Of a stretch of DNA of 20,000 nt, positions 16,672-20,000 are shown piece after piece. The first letter of the stretch is position 1. Every line of letters starts with the position of its first letter. The stretch comes from an uncultured virus (IMG/VR IMGVR_UViG_3300008267_005860) (Duplodnaviria; Heunggongvirae; Uroviricota; Caudoviricetes). Under the pieces are notes generated by a model, which made no database searches, was not told where the DNA came from, and saw only the letters and a program-made list of their open reading frames with translations. A program made the position numbers and the translations under genes. The stretch is taken from IMG/VR virus record IMGVR_UViG_3300008267_005860. One strand, written 5' to 3'.

Positions 16672-17645
16672 GTATGCTTCCTTTGTATGTCAAGGGTGAC
16701 ACAATGAAAGCCTCCACCTAATGTACGCTGTTGCCTCATTGGTAGCATTGCACATTCAATACCATATTTTTCTAATTCTTTACGTAGGTTGTGTTGATTT
16801 TCTTCTAATGCAACTAGATTAGGATTAACACTGAACAAATTCATATTAATCCATGTGCTAGCATTACAGTAACCAGGATAATGTCCAATATCAATAGGTT
16901 CAGGACACCATATGTAGTCCCATGACTGTAATGGTTTAGGTAACTGATCAATACTTTTAATCCTAGCAGGATTTAACAACATTAGGCCTTCGCGAAGTAA
17001 CCCGATAGTACTGTCTAAATGCATATAACTATACACACCTTCGATAGTCCAAACTTTGTTATTAGGCAGTAACTCTTGTAGATACTCAGCGCCTTGCTTG
17101 TTGCCACTGTTACTGACTAGATAGTATAAATTATCATTGTCTCTTAAAATGTTAGCTGCATCAAAAGCTGGCTCAGTCTCGTTAAGTGCTAGTGTGTTAG
17201 GATCTCCAAGACATTTTAAATTATATAAATCTTCGTCATGCGAACATCTAGCAATCGTTACAACATAGTTGTTTTCAAAATGTTCTTGCAGGGCAAAATA
17301 TTCATTGTGTCTTGCTTTTAATGGTTGAGGTGTTGATAAAATTAATTTATCATGTACTAACACTCCGTCTCTAGGACAATAGTTATAGTAATTAGGAACA
17401 ACATTTTTGTTTGGTCTTAATACAGTTACTCCGCAGGATTTTAAAAAAACAACAAATTTTTCTAAATCTTCATTGGCTTCATCAATAACTTGTTGTGGAT
17501 AAGGTCCTACTGGAATTTCGTTGACATCTTTTACATCTGCATAATTAACAGTTCTTAAACTAATATCGACGGAAGGTATTTTAGCATCGTCTGCAATACC
17601 AACTATAACTGTTTCTAATGGATCCCATTCATTTTTACTTAACAT
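16668..17645 (-). CDS. Amidinotransferase (glycine / inosamine-phosphate amidinotransferase family, StrB1-like)
   Basis: NEWDPL..VIVG, YCPRD, FDAAN (catalytic Asp), MHLDST (His) and LGGGFHCVT (Cys) give the complete pentein catalytic set. Confidence 0.9.
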   Translation of the reverse strand: MLSKNEWDPLETVIVGIADDAKIPSVDISLRTVNYADVKDVNEIPVGPYPQQVIDEANEDLEKFVVFLKSCGVTVLRPNKNVVPNYYNYCPRDGVLVHDKLILSTPQPLKARHNEYFALQEHFENNYVVTIARCSHDEDLYNLKCLGDPNTLALNETEPAFDAANILRDNDNLYYLVSNSGNKQGAEYLQELLPNNKVWTIEGVYSYMHLDSTIGLLREGLMLLNPARIKSIDQLPKPLQSWDYIWCPEPIDIGHYPGYCNASTWINMNLFSVNPNLVALEENQHNLRKELEKYGIECAMLPMRQQRTLGGGFHCVTLDIQRKHT

Positions 17646-18225
17646 TGAACACCTTCATTTTTGATATATCAGGATAATCTGCATTACTCCATTTTTTTGG
17701 AGTTAAATCTTTTACTTGATTGAATTTTTCTATACCTAGCTCTGCTGTTTCAGGAGTCATATAATAATGATAACCAAACATATCAACGTCCTGTTCTTTC
17801 CAAGGCATGTCTTGAAGTCGACCGTCATAACTCATTTTTTTAAGAGTCTGCGCAGAAGAATAATTATCAGTAAGAATAATTCCGCCTCGTCCTAGGTTAA
17901 GATGTTTTTTATATTGGAAACTTAAACACATAAATGTATCCGGCACGTAGCTGTTTTCTTTCCATAAAACTGCTGCATCAATAACATTAGTATTACCAAT
18001 AAAATAATAGTCTTGCCATATTGAGTCTGCAAATTCCCAGGACAAGCCTAATTTTTCAAATGTCATTGGTATAGACAGATAGGTATGTGTAGGACAGGTT
18101 ACTAACCTAGGATTTATATGTCGTAGACAAAGTTCTATAGCGTGTGTACAACTATCGGTTGCAACAGCATATTTAGAACCAAAATATTTTGCAATGGTGT
18201 TTTCAAAGTTAACTATTGGGGACAT
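17635..18225 (-). CDS. Short DegT/DnrJ/EryC1/StrS-family PLP aminotransferase
   Basis: FE..IA.YFG.KYAVATDSCTHAIEL, IDAA, CLSFQYKKHL.LG.GG (PLP Lys) and GYHYYM. Only 196 aa. Confidence 0.82.
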   Translation of the reverse strand: MSPIVNFENTIAKYFGSKYAVATDSCTHAIELCLRHINPRLVTCPTHTYLSIPMTFEKLGLSWEFADSIWQDYYFIGNTNVIDAAVLWKENSYVPDTFMCLSFQYKKHLNLGRGGIILTDNYSSAQTLKKMSYDGRLQDMPWKEQDVDMFGYHYYMTPETAELGIEKFNQVKDLTPKKWSNADYPDISKMKVFNVK

Positions 18226-19999
18226 TTTCTTTTATGTTCTTAATACTAGAGATTGGAATTACTACATTAGAGTGCATTGCTGCCTTTTCAGGAATAGCTT
18301 CCATTTTTGAAATATTTGGAACTTCTACTTCGTACTCTTTAAAATTACCCCAATGACCTTGGCCTCTATATCTATACTGAAAGGTAAAATCTATTGTGTT
18401 ATTTAAAATTCTTTCTTCTTCTAAAAGAACATTAAAGTCGTCACCACTTCTGCCAGCTTCAACATCCCATGTTGGTTTAGCTAACTTCCTTGCTCGCTTT
18501 GCAGTATTACTCATCATGCGACTATAATCCTGAGCATAGAATGGTCCTTTACGACCTCTAGGCGGAGGCTCTCTTTCGTCGTAGGGATTATCAATTTGAT
18601 CAAATTTGTATTTAAAATCAGCAGTCCATTGACCGTCATCTGAAATTTTAAATTTAAATAATGCGTTATACATTCCTGGACCGTATTGGGTTCCAAATTC
18701 TTTTAGATCAATTGTGGGATTAAATAAAATTTCAGCTTCATACCCGCCTCGAGTTTTCCATAGCATACGGAAAAATGGCCACATCTCATTTACTAGTGCA
18801 TCAGCAAAAGGATTAAGATTAGGTTTAATTATATTGTAATCAAACTTTTCATATTCAATTTCTTTTATAAGGTATGGATTGTTTAATTGTATTTTATAGT
18901 GCTCTTTAGCTAGATTAAATCTTACAGGGTATCCAAAAGGTACTTCAGTACATCCCGTCATTAAATCTAGGAACATATGGAGTGTCTTTACTCTGGTCAT
19001 AACATGTGTACCACCTTTGGTAAAATCACTAGTGATCCAATGTCCTTGATATTTTTGTGCGCTGATATTAAACTTATGTGTATTCTGCCCAACAATAGTT
19101 TCCGGTCCTAGACCGTAGCCTACACCGGCGCCAACATTGTTGATATTCATGTCACGCATACGCCACAACAGAGTCATGCTATCAGCAAAGTCTTGTAGCG
19201 TTTCTGTAGGGAATCCTACGATCCAGTTTGTAGCAGCATAGATACCAACTTCCTTACCATCGCGGAAGTTCTGTTCCATTTCTGCAATAGTAACACCTTT
19301 GGCCATGTCGTCTAATACGCTTTGACTGCCGCTTTCAATACCGTAGTTTAGCATAATGCAGCCTCCGGCTTTTAGATCTTTAAAATACTCTAGATCCATG
19401 CGGCCATCACAACGAGCATAACCTGTCCAATTAATTTTAAGACCTTTAGCTTCAACTGCTTTACAAAATGCACGTAGTTCTTTTAAATTGCCGTTAACAA
19501 GACTATCAATGAACCAAATAACATCAACACCTTTATTGTAGTAAAGCCATTCTATTTCAGAAATAAGATCGACTGACTGACGCTGACGATATTTCCAAAA
19601 GTGTGTTTCTTCGCAGAATGTACATTTAGCTGTACAACCTCGACTAATTTCTGTGTTAACACCGTTGGGTAGATCGTAAAGACTAAAGTCAATACTTTCG
19701 TAATCAGGCATTGGCAATCCATTAATATTAACACGCTCGTATTCATCTTGAGTAAGCACAACTGATTCACTGTGTTCAACGCCATTTTCTACATCTTCTA
19801 ATAATTTTAACAGATTAATTTCACCTTCACCCACCACAACATAATCGTAATAAGGATGTACGGTAAACCAACTTTTATGTGCGTTGGGGCCGCCAACTGC
19901 AATTTTAATATGCGGTGCTCTGCGCTTTAATTCTTGCGCCATCCACTTTGTAGGTTCTTCGCTGATATAGTACATAGAAAACCCTACTACTTGAGGATT
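18209..19999 (-). CDS. Cobalamin-binding radical SAM enzyme (class B methyltransferase-like), 5' end outside window
   Basis: Frame is open to the window edge (NPQVVGFS-MYY). B12-domain motifs VVGFS, IAVGGP and VVVGEGE; SRGCTAKCTFC (CX3CX2C); GIESGSQ; IVGFPTET; extra C-terminal region. Confidence 0.88.
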   Translation of the reverse strand, partial: NPQVVGFSMYYISEEPTKWMAQELKRRAPHIKIAVGGPNAHKSWFTVHPYYDYVVVGEGEINLLKLLEDVENGVEHSESVVLTQDEYERVNINGLPMPDYESIDFSLYDLPNGVNTEISRGCTAKCTFCEETHFWKYRQRQSVDLISEIEWLYYNKGVDVIWFIDSLVNGNLKELRAFCKAVEAKGLKINWTGYARCDGRMDLEYFKDLKAGGCIMLNYGIESGSQSVLDDMAKGVTIAEMEQNFRDGKEVGIYAATNWIVGFPTETLQDFADSMTLLWRMRDMNINNVGAGVGYGLGPETIVGQNTHKFNISAQKYQGHWITSDFTKGGTHVMTRVKTLHMFLDLMTGCTEVPFGYPVRFNLAKEHYKIQLNNPYLIKEIEYEKFDYNIIKPNLNPFADALVNEMWPFFRMLWKTRGGYEAEILFNPTIDLKEFGTQYGPGMYNALFKFKISDDGQWTADFKYKFDQIDNPYDEREPPPRGRKGPFYAQDYSRMMSNTAKRARKLAKPTWDVEAGRSGDDFNVLLEEERILNNTIDFTFQYRYRGQGHWGNFKEYEVEVPNISKMEAIPEKAAMHSNVVIPISSIKNIKENVPNS

Positions 20000-20000
20000 C

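Noticed and set aside
16668..17645. Amidinotransferase as the archaeosine (G+) synthase partner of QueE
   Set aside because: Known preQ0-to-G+ enzymes (ArcS, QueF-like, Gat-QueC) belong to other families. This pentein-fold enzyme transfers an amidino group from Arg to an amine and is coupled to a sugar aminotransferase in a separate operon. Not excluded, but unsupported.
881..19785. Short antisense or alternative-frame ORFs in the track (e.g. 881-1126, 1636-1908, 3716-3988, 4919-5317, 7332-7727, 12033-12449, 14590-14886, 19552-19785)
   Set aside because: They lie within or across well-supported genes, have no recognisable motifs, and are best explained as shadow ORFs.
1..20000. Stop-codon reassignment, as seen in some large phages
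   Set aside because: Genes are full length and tightly packed under the standard code, and TAA, TGA and TAG all occur as apparent true stops.

Overview
The window looks like part of a large tailed-phage (jumbo-phage-like) genome: AT-rich, densely coding, standard genetic code, overlapping start/stop codons and many short hypothetical genes. Two gene blocks converge. The + strand (1-8450) carries a 5'-truncated QueE-like radical SAM enzyme, a T4 RNase H-like 5'-3' exonuclease, several hypotheticals, a MoxR-type AAA+ ATPase and a zincin/vWA protein (each behind a perfect sigma70 promoter), two tandem paralogous small proteins, and thyX. The - strand (8408-20000) is a tightly coupled apparent sugar-modification and glycosylation operon: B12-binding radical SAM, minimal DegT-family aminotransferase, amidinotransferase, 2OG-Fe(II)/cupin oxygenase, GT10-like protein, SGNH-like protein, a 1622-aa protein, and a second GT-A-like paralog. 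The 1622-aa protein consists of 14 strictly alternating degenerate glycosyltransferase-like modules followed by one intact GT-A-like domain. The main candidates for novelty are this giant repeat protein, the inferred guanidino-sugar pathway, and two intergenic promoter/hairpin switches. All calls come from reading motifs; no database searches were run.
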